Made by a program: the position numbers and the translations under genes. Under the pieces are notes generated by a model that was not told the DNA's origin, did not search any database, and saw only the letters and a program-made list of their open reading frames with translations. This document shows, piece after piece, positions 1-10,530 of a DNA stretch of 53,830 nucleotides (position 1 is the first letter of the stretch; every line of letters starts with the position of its first letter). This DNA is from an uncultured virus (IMG/VR IMGVR_UViG_3300044858_003318) (taxonomy: Duplodnaviria; Heunggongvirae; Uroviricota; Caudoviricetes). Where the stretch lies: the IMG/VR virus record IMGVR_UViG_3300044858_003318, one strand, 5' to 3'.

Positions 1-1930
1 CTTTAAAGATAACCCACTGTGCATATCTTTTCTTAGCAATCCATAAACCAGATTTTGCAACATATTCTTGTTTAATTGTGAACCGATGCGAATCTGTATT
101 TAAAAATACTTTTGCATACTGGTTGTACATTGTGTTTACTTTAAGTTGTACTTCAGATGCAATTTCATTGGTTTTTTCAATCATGAATTGTTCGTCTGTT
201 TCATCGAATCCAGGATAACGATGCTGTATGAGCGGTAAACTAGAAACAAATGTTGAATCTGTGTCAGTATAAAATGCAAACTCAGCTTGTTGACCGGATG
301 CATTAATAAAGTTTGAATGTCCAATTTCTTTTTGGTAATGATTATTAATAACTTTTGCTGAAAATTTAATAATACTTTGTCCAGTTGCTGTAATAGCACC
401 AGCATTATCTAAATCGTGGAATCGAAACGTTTTAAGTCCTAATACTCCATAAAATGAATTAAGCAATACTTTTTGTGTTAACTGCATTGCATCATAAAAC
501 TTATAATCATCACTACCTACTTCATATTCATCACGCTTATCTTTAAATTCTACCCGCTCATCAAACCATTTTGCTAGAATTGTTGGTAAAAATCCTTTTA
601 TATCGGTTCGATACACCGTTCCATTGCTAGCAACTGTATATTTATTATCGGTTAACCATTGTTTAACATCTGTAATCGTTTTGTTTCCAATTTGTACCGA
701 TACCGGATCAGTTTTTAATAAACATGTTTCATCCCAATTAGCAATAACTCCGATCTTTGTTTCTGGAGATATGTTTAAACTCATAATGATACTCGGATAC
801 AGAGATGTTAAATCCAAGTCATATATCCATTTATACAATCCAGGCACCGGTGCCATTACATATGCACCTGCCAACACATCAGCTGCAGTTTCTTCTTCAA
901 TAAAACGGAATTGTTTATTTGGAGCTACATATCCATTACGTTTTAAATCTACTATAGCAGCACCATCTAGATATTTAGATGCATAATAAACATCTTCATA
1001 TGGTACATGTCCTTTATGACATATAGTCCGTGCTAAGTTTATGAACTGTAACTTTTCATCTAATTCATAAACCAAATCGGTATCTGTCATGTTGTAAAAA
1101 GCAAACTTGTGAATATCTTGTGTAAAAAGAACATCTAAATCACCTTCATATTCAACTTTACCTCGACCCAATTCTAGTTTTGCAACAGTATCTAATCGAT
1201 AATTTGGTAATTCGCTGTATGTAAAGTTTTTATATAGTTTCAAATAATCTAAACTAGAAACACCAAATATTTTCCATTTTTCCTTTTTTGGATTATAATC
1301 TACAATTCCAGCCGGACTTAATTTTTTGATGGCATTTACACCTAATACCTTTTTAGCACGACCCAATAAATATGGAATATCATATCCATCAGTGTTCCAT
1401 CCTGTAATTACAGTTGGTTGTACAGCCGCAAATATGTTTATAAATCTGGTTAAAAGATCTCTTTCGTCTCGAAATATTTCTAAAACATAACCATCGCCTT
1501 GTATTTCACGTTCTTTTATGCGATTCAGTTCGTCTAATATAAGTACTCGTCTATCATTACCAATTTTATCATAATATGCAATTGATGTTATAGCCGTGCG
1601 CGTATCATGTATAGTACTATATCCATTTTCATCTTTTGCTGTTTCAATATCAAAGAAAAAATCGCGATGTCCTTTTGATACTAAATCTGATTCATAGTAT
1701 AAATCTATCAGGGTTCGGACTTCTTCATTTAGATCAGATTCGTATGAAGCAGGATTATCTTTATGATTTCCTGGTATCTGTTTTAATGTAGTGCCGTCTA
1801 ATGATACATATGTTCCTGCAGAGTCTGGTAAATATGCATATGGTTTAAATGGAAATTTTTGATGTCCTAATTCATCATCCCACACGTGCATAGTACCGGA
1901 TTTTCTGTCATATGAAATATTTTGATACAT
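1..1930 (-). CDS. Family B DNA polymerase (T4 gp43-like), truncated at the left window edge; absent from the ORF track
   Basis: Manual translation from ATG at 1930 (MYQNISYD...) shows ExoI FFDIET, ExoII TGWNTDGYDIPY, motif A DLDLTSLYPSII, motif B KVLLNSFYG, motif C YTDTDS and KKRYA; the frame is open to position 2. Confidence 0.97.
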   Translation of the reverse strand, partial: MYQNISYDRKSGTMHVWDDELGHQKFPFKPYAYLPDSAGTYVSLDGTTLKQIPGNHKDNPASYESDLNEEVRTLIDLYYESDLVSKGHRDFFFDIETAKDENGYSTIHDTRTAITSIAYYDKIGNDRRVLILDELNRIKEREIQGDGYVLEIFRDERDLLTRFINIFAAVQPTVITGWNTDGYDIPYLLGRAKKVLGVNAIKKLSPAGIVDYNPKKEKWKIFGVSSLDYLKLYKNFTYSELPNYRLDTVAKLELGRGKVEYEGDLDVLFTQDIHKFAFYNMTDTDLVYELDEKLQFINLARTICHKGHVPYEDVYYASKYLDGAAIVDLKRNGYVAPNKQFRFIEEETAADVLAGAYVMAPVPGLYKWIYDLDLTSLYPSIIMSLNISPETKIGVIANWDETCLLKTDPVSVQIGNKTITDVKQWLTDNKYTVASNGTVYRTDIKGFLPTILAKWFDERVEFKDKRDEYEVGSDDYKFYDAMQLTQKVLLNSFYGVLGLKTFRFHDLDNAGAITATGQSIIKFSAKVINNHYQKEIGHSNFINASGQQAEFAFYTDTDSTFVSSLPLIQHRYPGFDETDEQFMIEKTNEIASEVQLKVNTMYNQYAKVFLNTDSHRFTIKQEYVAKSGLWIAKKRYAQWVIFK

Positions 1931-2164
1931 TTACTTTGTAATTTCTTTATTGTGTAATATACGAATAATTCCGTATAAATTAATTGATATGATGACAAAA
2001 CTTAATACTAGGTGACTTATATTGTTTATATATAAATCATATGATACCCAACCAATATCACCAATTATCCAAGCAATCATCGCAAACATTGGATAGCCTT
2101 TGGCATTGGAAATGTATCCTAACAAAACCAATGCCGTGCTTACCCATCCTATGAATTCAATCAT
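1931..2164 (-). CDS. Small 3-TM membrane protein (possibly half-PnuC/SemiSWEET-like)
   Basis: 77 aa with three hydrophobic segments; abuts the polB start and overlaps the groES stop. Confidence 0.6.
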   Translation of the reverse strand: MIEFIGWVSTALVLLGYISNAKGYPMFAMIAWIIGDIGWVSYDLYINNISHLVLSFVIISINLYGIIRILHNKEITK

Positions 2165-2460
2165 ACATTGGTATTTATCATAGCAATTTCTGATTCACGA
2201 ATAAGTACATATTCATCGCCATCAATTGTAACTTTTTTCTGGGATCCGATATTCCCATTGTAAATTTTAACTTGCATGCCGGGTTTTGTTGTCATTGGAA
2301 TTCGATCACCAGTATGCGTAAACAAACCATCGCCAATTGCAATGACATCACACGTTACATAATCATCCATACCAGCCATAACAATAATACCACTCGCTGT
2401 TTTTTCTTGTTTTTCTTGCTGTTTAACAAGAACTTGATCTCCAATTGGTTTCCAATTCAT
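2161..2460 (-). CDS. groES: GroES-like co-chaperonin
   Basis: KPIGDQVLV, EKTASGII mobile loop, VIAIGDG, DGDEYVLIRESEI; AAGGA upstream. Confidence 0.93.
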   Translation of the reverse strand: MNWKPIGDQVLVKQQEKQEKTASGIIVMAGMDDYVTCDVIAIGDGLFTHTGDRIPMTTKPGMQVKIYNGNIGSQKKVTIDGDEYVLIRESEIAMINTNV

Positions 2461-2475
2461 AACTTATTCCTTTTT

Positions 2476-2724
2476 TTATTTATTATATAAATTTATTACT
2501 GCATCTTTTGTTATAGCAGTTCCTAGTATTCGTCCTACTTCTATTCCATTTTTAATTATCAGCAATGTAGGCACAGTTCGTACGTTGTATTTACTGCATG
2601 TATCTGGGCTTGCATCTGCGTCAATAAATGTAATTGTCATTTGAGATTGTAATTGTTGAATTTGTGGTTTAATCATTTTGCATGGTCCACACCATTCTGC
2701 TGAAAAATAAAGTACTTGTTTCAT
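2476..2724 (-). CDS. trxA: Thioredoxin
   Basis: FSAEWCGPCK active site and VRTVPT cis-Pro motif. Confidence 0.95.
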   Translation of the reverse strand: MKQVLYFSAEWCGPCKMIKPQIQQLQSQMTITFIDADASPDTCSKYNVRTVPTLLIIKNGIEVGRILGTAITKDAVINLYNK

Positions 2725-2730
2725 TTCTTT

Positions 2731-2758
2731 ATAATATAATTAATTTCATAATTTCCAA
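2731..2758 (-). promoter_or_regulatory. Class A promoter TTGGAA-N16-TATTAT upstream of thioredoxin
   Basis: Matches a motif repeated upstream of about 8 genes. Confidence 0.55.
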
Positions 2759-2781
2759 ATGTCGTTGTCGTTGTCCACATA

Positions 2782-3558
2782 TCAAACTCCCCTTTTAGTA
2801 TCATATGCCACGATATGGTCTCTTCCTGTCATGTTATAACCATGGTTAGCACACATTTCAAATACCAACGGATACATTTTAATCAATTCGTCTCTAGTAT
2901 CACCAGCAGGCATTATGTACGTTTTATCCTTTGGAATATTATGTTGAATCCTAAACAATTCAATTTCTTGTAGATTCTCTTCAGTACCATCCCAGACTGG
3001 TTTATAGTGATAATCTGCGTGATATGCAATCATTTTATCTATCGCTTCGCTATTGAGACGGAATTTATTATGTTGCTTAACCATCTTTTCATCCGTAATC
3101 GTCCCTTGCGGTGTAGCAACGCCCACAACGGGTACGCTATTGGCAAACTTAGGACTAATAGAAAGGAGGCCAATAGGGTAATCAGTTTCAATATAATGAG
3201 AACCTTCAGTTTCAATAGTAATAAGAATATCTCTTTCATGTGCAAAATGTGTCAATTCATTAACTAGTGCTGGATGCATTGTCGGGGATCCTCCAGTTAA
3301 CATCATTTCTTTAATATGTGGATTTTCGTCGTAAATTTTAATAATATCATTGAATGTAAAAGTACCTTTTTCTGGATGAATTGAACTGTACCAGCTATCG
3401 CACCAGCCACCTTCACCAAAATAGCATCGATGAGTGCATCCGGTAGTGCGTACTGCGATTGTTGGTCTACCAAATCGGCTTCCTTCTGATTGCACACAAC
3501 GATATAATTCTATGATTGGCAATGTTTTATTGTAGTCTGTTATTCTTCCTGGCTTCAT
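2782..3558 (-). CDS. queE: 7-carboxy-7-deazaguanine synthase (radical SAM)
   Basis: ELYRCVQSEG, VRTTGCTHRCYFGEGGWCDS, LTGGSP, ITIETEG, SISPK; start moved to MKPGR (3558), which has AAGGA upstream. Confidence 0.9.
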   Translation of the reverse strand: MKPGRITDYNKTLPIIELYRCVQSEGSRFGRPTIAVRTTGCTHRCYFGEGGWCDSWYSSIHPEKGTFTFNDIIKIYDENPHIKEMMLTGGSPTMHPALVNELTHFAHERDILITIETEGSHYIETDYPIGLLSISPKFANSVPVVGVATPQGTITDEKMVKQHNKFRLNSEAIDKMIAYHADYHYKPVWDGTEENLQEIELFRIQHNIPKDKTYIMPAGDTRDELIKMYPLVFEMCANHGYNMTGRDHIVAYDTKRGV

Positions 3559-3565
3559 AAATTCC

Positions 3566-3937
3566 TTAAAATGGTAGGTCGTCATCGATTGACTCAACAC
3601 TATTGGTAACATTGGTATCTAATTTTTTAATTAATTCATCAAACTTATTTTCTAATGAATATAAACGTTCAAGTAAATAACGCAAATCAGCCTGTGCTAA
3701 TTCAGAAGCAAATGTATCACCGGGTGTAGTTTTGCCAAAGTATTCATCTAGAAATGATTTTGGATATGTTGCTACTCGATTATATTCTGGTCTAGATAAG
3801 TCTGGTGGTAGATCTTGATAAATAACATGAATATTTTTTGACTTTGCAGCTTCATACACTTTTTGACCTAGTCCACTTTCTCGAGATGCTTTACCACTGT
3901 AATCATACAGTGACATATATTGATCATTACTCTTCAT
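3566..3937 (-). CDS. Hypothetical protein with coiled coil and SSB-like acidic tail (DDDLPF)
   Basis: 123-aa ORF packed within the que cluster. Confidence 0.75.
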   Translation of the reverse strand: MKSNDQYMSLYDYSGKASRESGLGQKVYEAAKSKNIHVIYQDLPPDLSRPEYNRVATYPKSFLDEYFGKTTPGDTFASELAQADLRYLLERLYSLENKFDELIKKLDTNVTNSVESIDDDLPF

Positions 3938-3940
3938 GGT

Positions 3941-4156
3941 TTAGTTATTTGGTTTAACCGTTATTGTATATTTTCTAGTATAACTAGAATCCTCGTTTTT
4001 TACTAACACACCTAGTACTGGTATAAATTCGTTAGGATCAAACATAATTGGTGTAACAACAACACTTAGATTGGAGTTTTCTAAAGCAATTTTAATTTGT
4101 TGAGTTATTGCCATCTCATTAACTTCTACTTTCATTTGGTCTTTATTATTGTTCAT
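3941..4156 (-). CDS. Hypothetical protein
   Basis: 71-aa ORF filling the gap and overlapping the queD stop. Confidence 0.65.
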   Translation of the reverse strand: MNNNKDQMKVEVNEMAITQQIKIALENSNLSVVVTPIMFDPNEFIPVLGVLVKNEDSSYTRKYTITVKPNN

Positions 4157-4610
4157 AACTTGCTGAATTTCGTTCGTGTTCGTATACTTCTATTTTGATA
4201 GCTTTTACTCGGCCTTCTGTTTCTTCTTTTAAGAATGCATTTATTACATAATATAAATGTTCTGCAAATTTTTCACATCCAGTAGCTGGTAAAATTCTTA
4301 ATTGAATAATACCATCTTCATCCATTTGTTTGAATTTATCTAAATATGGATCATCTAATGCAACGATTGTAGTATGATCTAATAAAAATGTAAAATAATC
4401 TTTTGGAGACATACCTGCAATTTGAGTTTTAGAACGCTTCATACCGCCAAAATCCCATACCCAATTACGATGATCTAATTCTCCTTCAAACCATACTCTA
4501 AATGATACAGCATATCCATGTAAGAATTTACAATGAGTATCTTCTGCTTTCCATTGACGGAAACAAGTTGAGTAACCATCAAATAATTTTGTTGAAATGT
4601 AACGTGCCAT
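4146..4610 (-). CDS. queD: 6-carboxytetrahydropterin synthase (QueD/PTPS family)
   Basis: HCKFLHGY, WVWDFGG, LDHT, GCEKFAE, EVYEHERNSA motifs. Confidence 0.92.
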   Translation of the reverse strand: MARYISTKLFDGYSTCFRQWKAEDTHCKFLHGYAVSFRVWFEGELDHRNWVWDFGGMKRSKTQIAGMSPKDYFTFLLDHTTIVALDDPYLDKFKQMDEDGIIQLRILPATGCEKFAEHLYYVINAFLKEETEGRVKAIKIEVYEHERNSASYEQ

Positions 4611-4611
4611 A

Positions 4612-5316
4612 TTAATTATTATAACCTTTTACAAATTGATAAAATTCTGATCTTGCGTTGCCATCTTCTAAAAATGCACCAGATAATTTCGCAGTTTTCA
4701 TTGAAGCACCACCATGCTTAACTCCTCGACATTGCACACAGTTATGAGTTGCTTCAATCATTACTGCTACACCTTTATTGTTTTCGATAAGTTCATCAAT
4801 TGCGTGGTGGATAGCAACAGTTAATTGTTCTTGAATTGCACCTCGTCTGCCAAAGTGCTCAACTACTCGATTCAATTTACTTAAACCAATAACGTTGCTA
4901 TTTTCACCCGGAATATATGCAACGTGAACTAGACCCATAATAGTTTGATGATGATGGCTACACATTGATGTTAATGGAATACCTCCTTCAAACACAATGC
5001 CATCGTATCCATCACTTGGAAATGCTGTAATATCTGACATTGGTTCATATCGACCGGCCCATAAGTCATTTACATATGCCTTTGCTACTCGCCGAGGTGT
5101 ATCAGCCGAGTTTGGATCAGATTCCCATGTTACGCCTAATGCGGTTAAGAATTGACCATAATGATATGCAGCTTTATCGATAATAGCTTGTTTTTCTTCT
5201 GTAGTCAATCTAGCATCTGGACCTTCAATCGATTGTTTTGTTGCTAACTGAATAGAAACTCCATTTGCAAAGCCAGGATGCACTAATTCTAAATTTGTTC
5301 TTTGTTTCGTTGTCAT
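4612..5316 (-). CDS. folE: GTP cyclohydrolase I
   Basis: TPRRVAK, SMCSHH, GLSKLNR, QEQLT, HNCVQCRG. Confidence 0.96.
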   Translation of the reverse strand: MTTKQRTNLELVHPGFANGVSIQLATKQSIEGPDARLTTEEKQAIIDKAAYHYGQFLTALGVTWESDPNSADTPRRVAKAYVNDLWAGRYEPMSDITAFPSDGYDGIVFEGGIPLTSMCSHHHQTIMGLVHVAYIPGENSNVIGLSKLNRVVEHFGRRGAIQEQLTVAIHHAIDELIENNKGVAVMIEATHNCVQCRGVKHGGASMKTAKLSGAFLEDGNARSEFYQFVKGYNN

Positions 5317-5348
5317 AACTTGTTTTATTAATTATAATATAGAATATT

Positions 5349-6099
<751 letters not shown>

Positions 6100-6118
6100 A
6101 TTAATAAATATCTAAATA

Positions 6119-7975
6119 TTATTTTATCTCACACGCTCCACCAGCACAAGCTAATTCGCCTGATAAGTCGGTATTATCATCTAATTCAATTACTTGACTC
6201 AAATCAATATTATGAAGAGATTTCATCATGTTCTCATATGTTTCTTGAGTACAATCTTCAAATGGAGCTTGTGTATAAGTTCCGCCATCATATGGCAATA
6301 CTGATAATCCGTTATAATGATCTCTATTCTCCCACATCCATTCGCCAGCTAATTCCCATTCATCTGCTTTAAGTGAAACGGTTGCAGAAACATTGTGAGT
6401 ATTATTTCCTGATCGGTGTCCTGGTTTAACCCATTCTAGGTGTACCTTTTTAATACGATCTAATAATTGGAATGGGGATTCTGTTCTCATAATAGCGCCT
6501 TCTGGTGCTTTTTGAGGAATTGAAATAACTGCAGTGTCATGTGGACGGAAATACTCATCTTCAATAAGTTCTGGATGATTGATTGCTAGGTATGAATAAA
6601 TTGCTTCATTTTTTCCTACACGAATGCGACGAATATAATAATCATTGTGCCAAGCGTGAATACCTGATGATGTTCCTAATGCTAATGATGTCGTCCCTGC
6701 AGGCTTAACTGTGGTAGTACGAGCTGATTTGTTGATTCCAATCAATTCAGCTACCCGTACATTTTCTTCTTTAACTGCCTTTGCGGCAGCTTTCATATCA
6801 TAGCCTAACACTGTTCCAGAACCGATTCCTGTCATGGATACTCCGATAAGGGCATCTTTCTCAGTCGTACGTTTCCATACTGGACGAAGATAATGAAAAT
6901 CAGTGTAACCTGCTTGAAGTGTTCCAATAAATGCTGCTGCTCGTACTCTTGCTTCTAAATCTTCTTGTGATTCGATGTCAGACGCGTTAACTTCACATAA
7001 ATTACAGAACTGAAATGGTCGTAATGCAATTTCACAACATGGATTCGTTCCCCAATCTTTATCATTTGTTAAATAAATTCCTGGTTCACCTGCTCCTGAC
7101 AATTCAACACGTTTCCATAAATCCATAAAGAATTCTTTTGTTAATTTATGACGCATTAATGTTGCTGAATTGTTTGCACGCCCTCGTTGTGGATTATGCT
7201 CCCACCAATTACCAGATTTGCATGAAATCATTTCTTCATCATCGGCACTAAAAAGACTAATAAGAGCTGCTCTACGAATACCCCCGGCTAATACTGCATC
7301 TGCAATATGACAAACCATATCGTGTACTTCAATAGCAGTTAATTTATCGCCATCTTCTTTTGCATCTAAGATACCGGCTAATTTAATTAAACATTCTTTA
7401 AGTGGTTGTGGGCCTGGTGCTTTTCCTCCGGATGTTACTAAACGAGCACCTTTGGCACGAATATCCGAAAAATCAAATGTAAACGTAGATCCACCTTCGA
7501 AATACGATTTAACTAATGCCTTTACTGCATCAGCCCATCCTTCGATCGAATCCGCGATAAGATATCTTCGTGTTTTCTTTGGATTAGGTTTACGAATTTC
7601 AGGCAATTTTTCTACGTGATGTGTTTGAACTGAATATCCTACACCAGTACCGCCTAAAAGTAAAAACATTGCTTCGCCAAATGCTCGATAATCATCAATT
7701 GGTAAATATGCACAGTTATAAATTCGGTTAGGGGAGATTTCAATTGGTTTTCCGCCGAATTGCAAACTACGCATCGATGGTAATACTTTTTTATCATAAA
7801 CAAATTTATATGCAGCTTCAATTTCATCTCGCAAATGCGGATACTTCTTTTGATGCATTTCTTTGTTTCTCGTAACTAATTCTTCCCATGTTTCTCGACG
7901 ATTGAGCTCGGGAACATACTTTGCATACTTCATGTATACTGTAATTTCACTTAAAATTTTGTTTGAAATCTCCAT
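6119..7975 (-). CDS. nrdJ: Class II (AdoCbl-dependent) ribonucleotide reductase, monomeric RTPR type
   Basis: YNCAY, TNPCCEI, CNLCEVN, TTVKPAGT, C-terminal CAGGACEIK; no beta subunit nearby. Confidence 0.9.
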   Translation of the reverse strand: MEISNKILSEITVYMKYAKYVPELNRRETWEELVTRNKEMHQKKYPHLRDEIEAAYKFVYDKKVLPSMRSLQFGGKPIEISPNRIYNCAYLPIDDYRAFGEAMFLLLGGTGVGYSVQTHHVEKLPEIRKPNPKKTRRYLIADSIEGWADAVKALVKSYFEGGSTFTFDFSDIRAKGARLVTSGGKAPGPQPLKECLIKLAGILDAKEDGDKLTAIEVHDMVCHIADAVLAGGIRRAALISLFSADDEEMISCKSGNWWEHNPQRGRANNSATLMRHKLTKEFFMDLWKRVELSGAGEPGIYLTNDKDWGTNPCCEIALRPFQFCNLCEVNASDIESQEDLEARVRAAAFIGTLQAGYTDFHYLRPVWKRTTEKDALIGVSMTGIGSGTVLGYDMKAAAKAVKEENVRVAELIGINKSARTTTVKPAGTTSLALGTSSGIHAWHNDYYIRRIRVGKNEAIYSYLAINHPELIEDEYFRPHDTAVISIPQKAPEGAIMRTESPFQLLDRIKKVHLEWVKPGHRSGNNTHNVSATVSLKADEWELAGEWMWENRDHYNGLSVLPYDGGTYTQAPFEDCTQETYENMMKSLHNIDLSQVIELDDNTDLSGELACAGGACEIK

Positions 7976-8018
7976 GTTGTAATCTCTTTAATTTAAAAAA
8001 TATAAATGTTTATTAGAT

Positions 8019-8048
8019 AAAAAAAGGGCCGAATATTATCCGGACCTC
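8019..8048 (-). terminator. Hairpin plus U-tract between helicase and nrdJ
   Basis: AGGUCCGGA-loop-UUCGGCCCU followed by a U-run; one mismatch in the stem. Confidence 0.55.
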
Positions 8049-8067
8049 ATTTTATATAAATATGGTT

Positions 8068-9435
8068 TTATCCTAAAGTTCCACCCAAATCTTTGAATTT
8101 TTGTGCTAAATTTTTCTTCATAACATTTTCGCCTGTTTTCATAACTTGTGTGGTCTGTTTGCCTTGTGTTGTTTGTGGCTCAAAAAATTGAAATTGGCCG
8201 TTGTTTGTGTTAATTTTACTAGGCAAGGTAATGCCATCTGGGCCGAACCGATTCTTAATAACGTGACCTCTACCTGTACCTGACATTTTATCTTCAACCT
8301 TACGAGACAATGACATCAAGAAGTCAGCTACCATCACTTTTCCATATGATGATGCAATTTTATCTGCTTCAATAATATCTTCTTCTAACGCACTTCGACC
8401 TGCTTGTGATGCCGTCCAAACCGGAATATCATACTCACCTGCCATTCCTCGTAACTCCTCGTAAAGTTCTTCTAATGCCTCGTGTTTGTCCTTTTTTGTA
8501 TTGATTTTTAACAAATCACCATAATCTACAATTACAACATCTGGCTTTTTACCTAGCATAATAGTTTTTTCTAAATGAGCTTTTAATCCCATTACGCCAA
8601 CTGATTTAGTTGGAAAATATTTTACAATCAAATCACCGCGTAAACTTTTCATTTTATCTTCAACTGTGTCTTGATGATTTTTTAAGCTCTGTGCATTAAT
8701 ACCAGTTAATACCGAATCATAACGTTGTCCTACATAATTTTCATTAAGTTCTAATGTGTAATGTATTACGGTATGACCTGCCTTTACTGCATTAGCTCCA
8801 ATGTTAATTAAGAGCCATGATTTACCAATACCAGCTGGTGCCATTACTACACCTAATTCACCTGGAGCTAATCCGCCGTCCATTAAATCATCAATAACAT
8901 CCCATCCGGTTGTAATTGTATGACGCGATGCTTCGGCGTATCGAGCTGATATATTAAGTTTATATTCTAACCCAATATTAGTATCAGCACCAGCTTTCAT
9001 TGCTGTATCAATCTTTGACTTTATTTCATCATAATTTCCACGTTGCAACAAATTAACCGAATCCATAATTGCCCGTTTAATTTCCTGATTTTTACAGAAA
9101 TTAAGTATTTCATCTTTGACAAAACTTAAATCATCTGATTCCATGTATCGGAACACATCTTTAAGTTGTTCTAGTATTGCAGTTTTAAGTATAGATTCTG
9201 GACCAGATTCACTTAATGCAGTTAATCGAACTTTTAAAACATCTTTTGTTGGGGGTGTTTTATATTGTTGAAAATGATCTAAAACTGTTTCTAATACCCA
9301 ATTATTTGCATCTGATTCGAAATACTCTGGGCGAATAATATCGGCAATTTGTTGTAAAAATATTCGGTCGGTAAACATTGCTGCTAAAACTTTTACTTGA
9401 AAGCTCCAGCCATATTCCGATAGTTTATCTGTCAT
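8068..9435 (-). CDS. Replicative DnaB-like helicase (T4 gp41-like)
   Basis: Walker A APAGIGKS, YTLEL, IVDYGDLL, VWTASQ, KNRFG. Confidence 0.95.
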   Translation of the reverse strand: MTDKLSEYGWSFQVKVLAAMFTDRIFLQQIADIIRPEYFESDANNWVLETVLDHFQQYKTPPTKDVLKVRLTALSESGPESILKTAILEQLKDVFRYMESDDLSFVKDEILNFCKNQEIKRAIMDSVNLLQRGNYDEIKSKIDTAMKAGADTNIGLEYKLNISARYAEASRHTITTGWDVIDDLMDGGLAPGELGVVMAPAGIGKSWLLINIGANAVKAGHTVIHYTLELNENYVGQRYDSVLTGINAQSLKNHQDTVEDKMKSLRGDLIVKYFPTKSVGVMGLKAHLEKTIMLGKKPDVVIVDYGDLLKINTKKDKHEALEELYEELRGMAGEYDIPVWTASQAGRSALEEDIIEADKIASSYGKVMVADFLMSLSRKVEDKMSGTGRGHVIKNRFGPDGITLPSKINTNNGQFQFFEPQTTQGKQTTQVMKTGENVMKKNLAQKFKDLGGTLG

Positions 9436-9441
9436 AAACTT

Positions 9442-9470
9442 ATTATATAATAGTTATGTATAAATTCCAA
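9442..9470 (-). promoter_or_regulatory. Class A promoter TTGGAA-N17-TATAAT upstream of helicase
   Basis: Exact 17-nt spacer, sigma70-like. Confidence 0.65.
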
Positions 9471-9471
9471 G

Positions 9472-10530
9472 TTATTTTTTATGTGTTTGTTGTGCAAATG
9501 CATTTAGTGATAACCATGTATTATTTAACCAATCTGGTAAATTTTTCATAGTTGACCACATTTTGTCTTCCATGAATAATCTTTGAAATTCCATTTTGTT
9601 CATCATTGGAATCGGCTGATCTAATATACCTCGAATTACCGTAGCACTCTGAGCTGGAATATCTAATAATTTAATATTCATTAAACGATAATTCTTATCA
9701 ATAGTATCCTGATTTTCTAGTATTTTACCATATGTTTTTGATTCATTTAAATTATTAGTGCATTTATTAAATAATGCATCTAACGTAAACTCAGTAGTAT
9801 CAGCAAGTTCGGGTAATGTTTTTATAATTGTCTTTGGACCTATTCCAGATACCCCGGGTATGTTGTCAGAGGTGTCGCCTGTAAATGTTCGATAAATAAC
9901 ATAGTTATTTGGATGTACTCCAAATTCATCTAATAATGCTTGTTCGTCATACATTTTCTTTTTGATAGGCGACCATACTTGAATTGTAGGACTTATTAAC
10001 TGATAAAAATCTCTATCCGTTGAAACTATGGTAATTTTTTTAGAAATACCTTGATACATATCAGCAATATATGCAATCGTATCATCTGCTTCGATACCAT
10101 CAATTGAAATAAATGTTACTGGTAAATTATCTAGATATGATACTAATCGAGAAAATTGCCAACGCATTGCTTCCTGTTCATCTTCAATTGTAGCAAATTG
10201 TTGATGATCGTGTCTACGTAAACGTGTTTTATTTGCTCGATTACCTTTATAATCGCCGTAAATCTTTCTGCGACGAGCAGATCCGCCTCTACCATCAAAC
10301 ACGATAACTAACCGAGATGGTTTAAAATCTCGAACTACTTTACCTATTGAAAATAAAAATCCAGTAATTCCTCCGATATGATCACCATCTTCATTTGTAG
10401 ATGGAGTTGCTCCAAACGCTCTAATAAAGGTGTTTAGCCCATCAAGCACCATAATATGATCATTGACACTTGATGGACTATTTTCCTTTTCTTGTTGTAA
10501 CTGTTTGAATAGCTGTTGATACCTGTTCAT
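9472..10530 (-). CDS. 5'-3' exonuclease/flap endonuclease (T4 RNase H / PolA N-terminal-like)
   Basis: LDGLN, VFDG, YKGNR, EADD, STDRD, GDTSDNIPGVSGIGPKT. Confidence 0.95.
   Translation of the reverse strand: MNRYQQLFKQLQQEKENSPSSVNDHIMVLDGLNTFIRAFGATPSTNEDGDHIGGITGFLFSIGKVVRDFKPSRLVIVFDGRGGSARRRKIYGDYKGNRANKTRLRRHDHQQFATIEDEQEAMRWQFSRLVSYLDNLPVTFISIDGIEADDTIAYIADMYQGISKKITIVSTDRDFYQLISPTIQVWSPIKKKMYDEQALLDEFGVHPNNYVIYRTFTGDTSDNIPGVSGIGPKTIIKTLPELADTTEFTLDALFNKCTNNLNESKTYGKILENQDTIDKNYRLMNIKLLDIPAQSATVIRGILDQPIPMMNKMEFQRLFMEDKMWSTMKNLPDWLNNTWLSLNAFAQQTHKK

Noticed and set aside
181..986. ORF-track entries 181..405 (-) and 624..986 (+)
   Set aside because: Both are shadows of the polB frame, which is open from 1930 to the window edge
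7976..8066. Cobalamin riboswitch upstream of the B12-dependent nrdJ
   Set aside because: The gap is about 90 nt, mostly A/T, with a single hairpin and no B12-box
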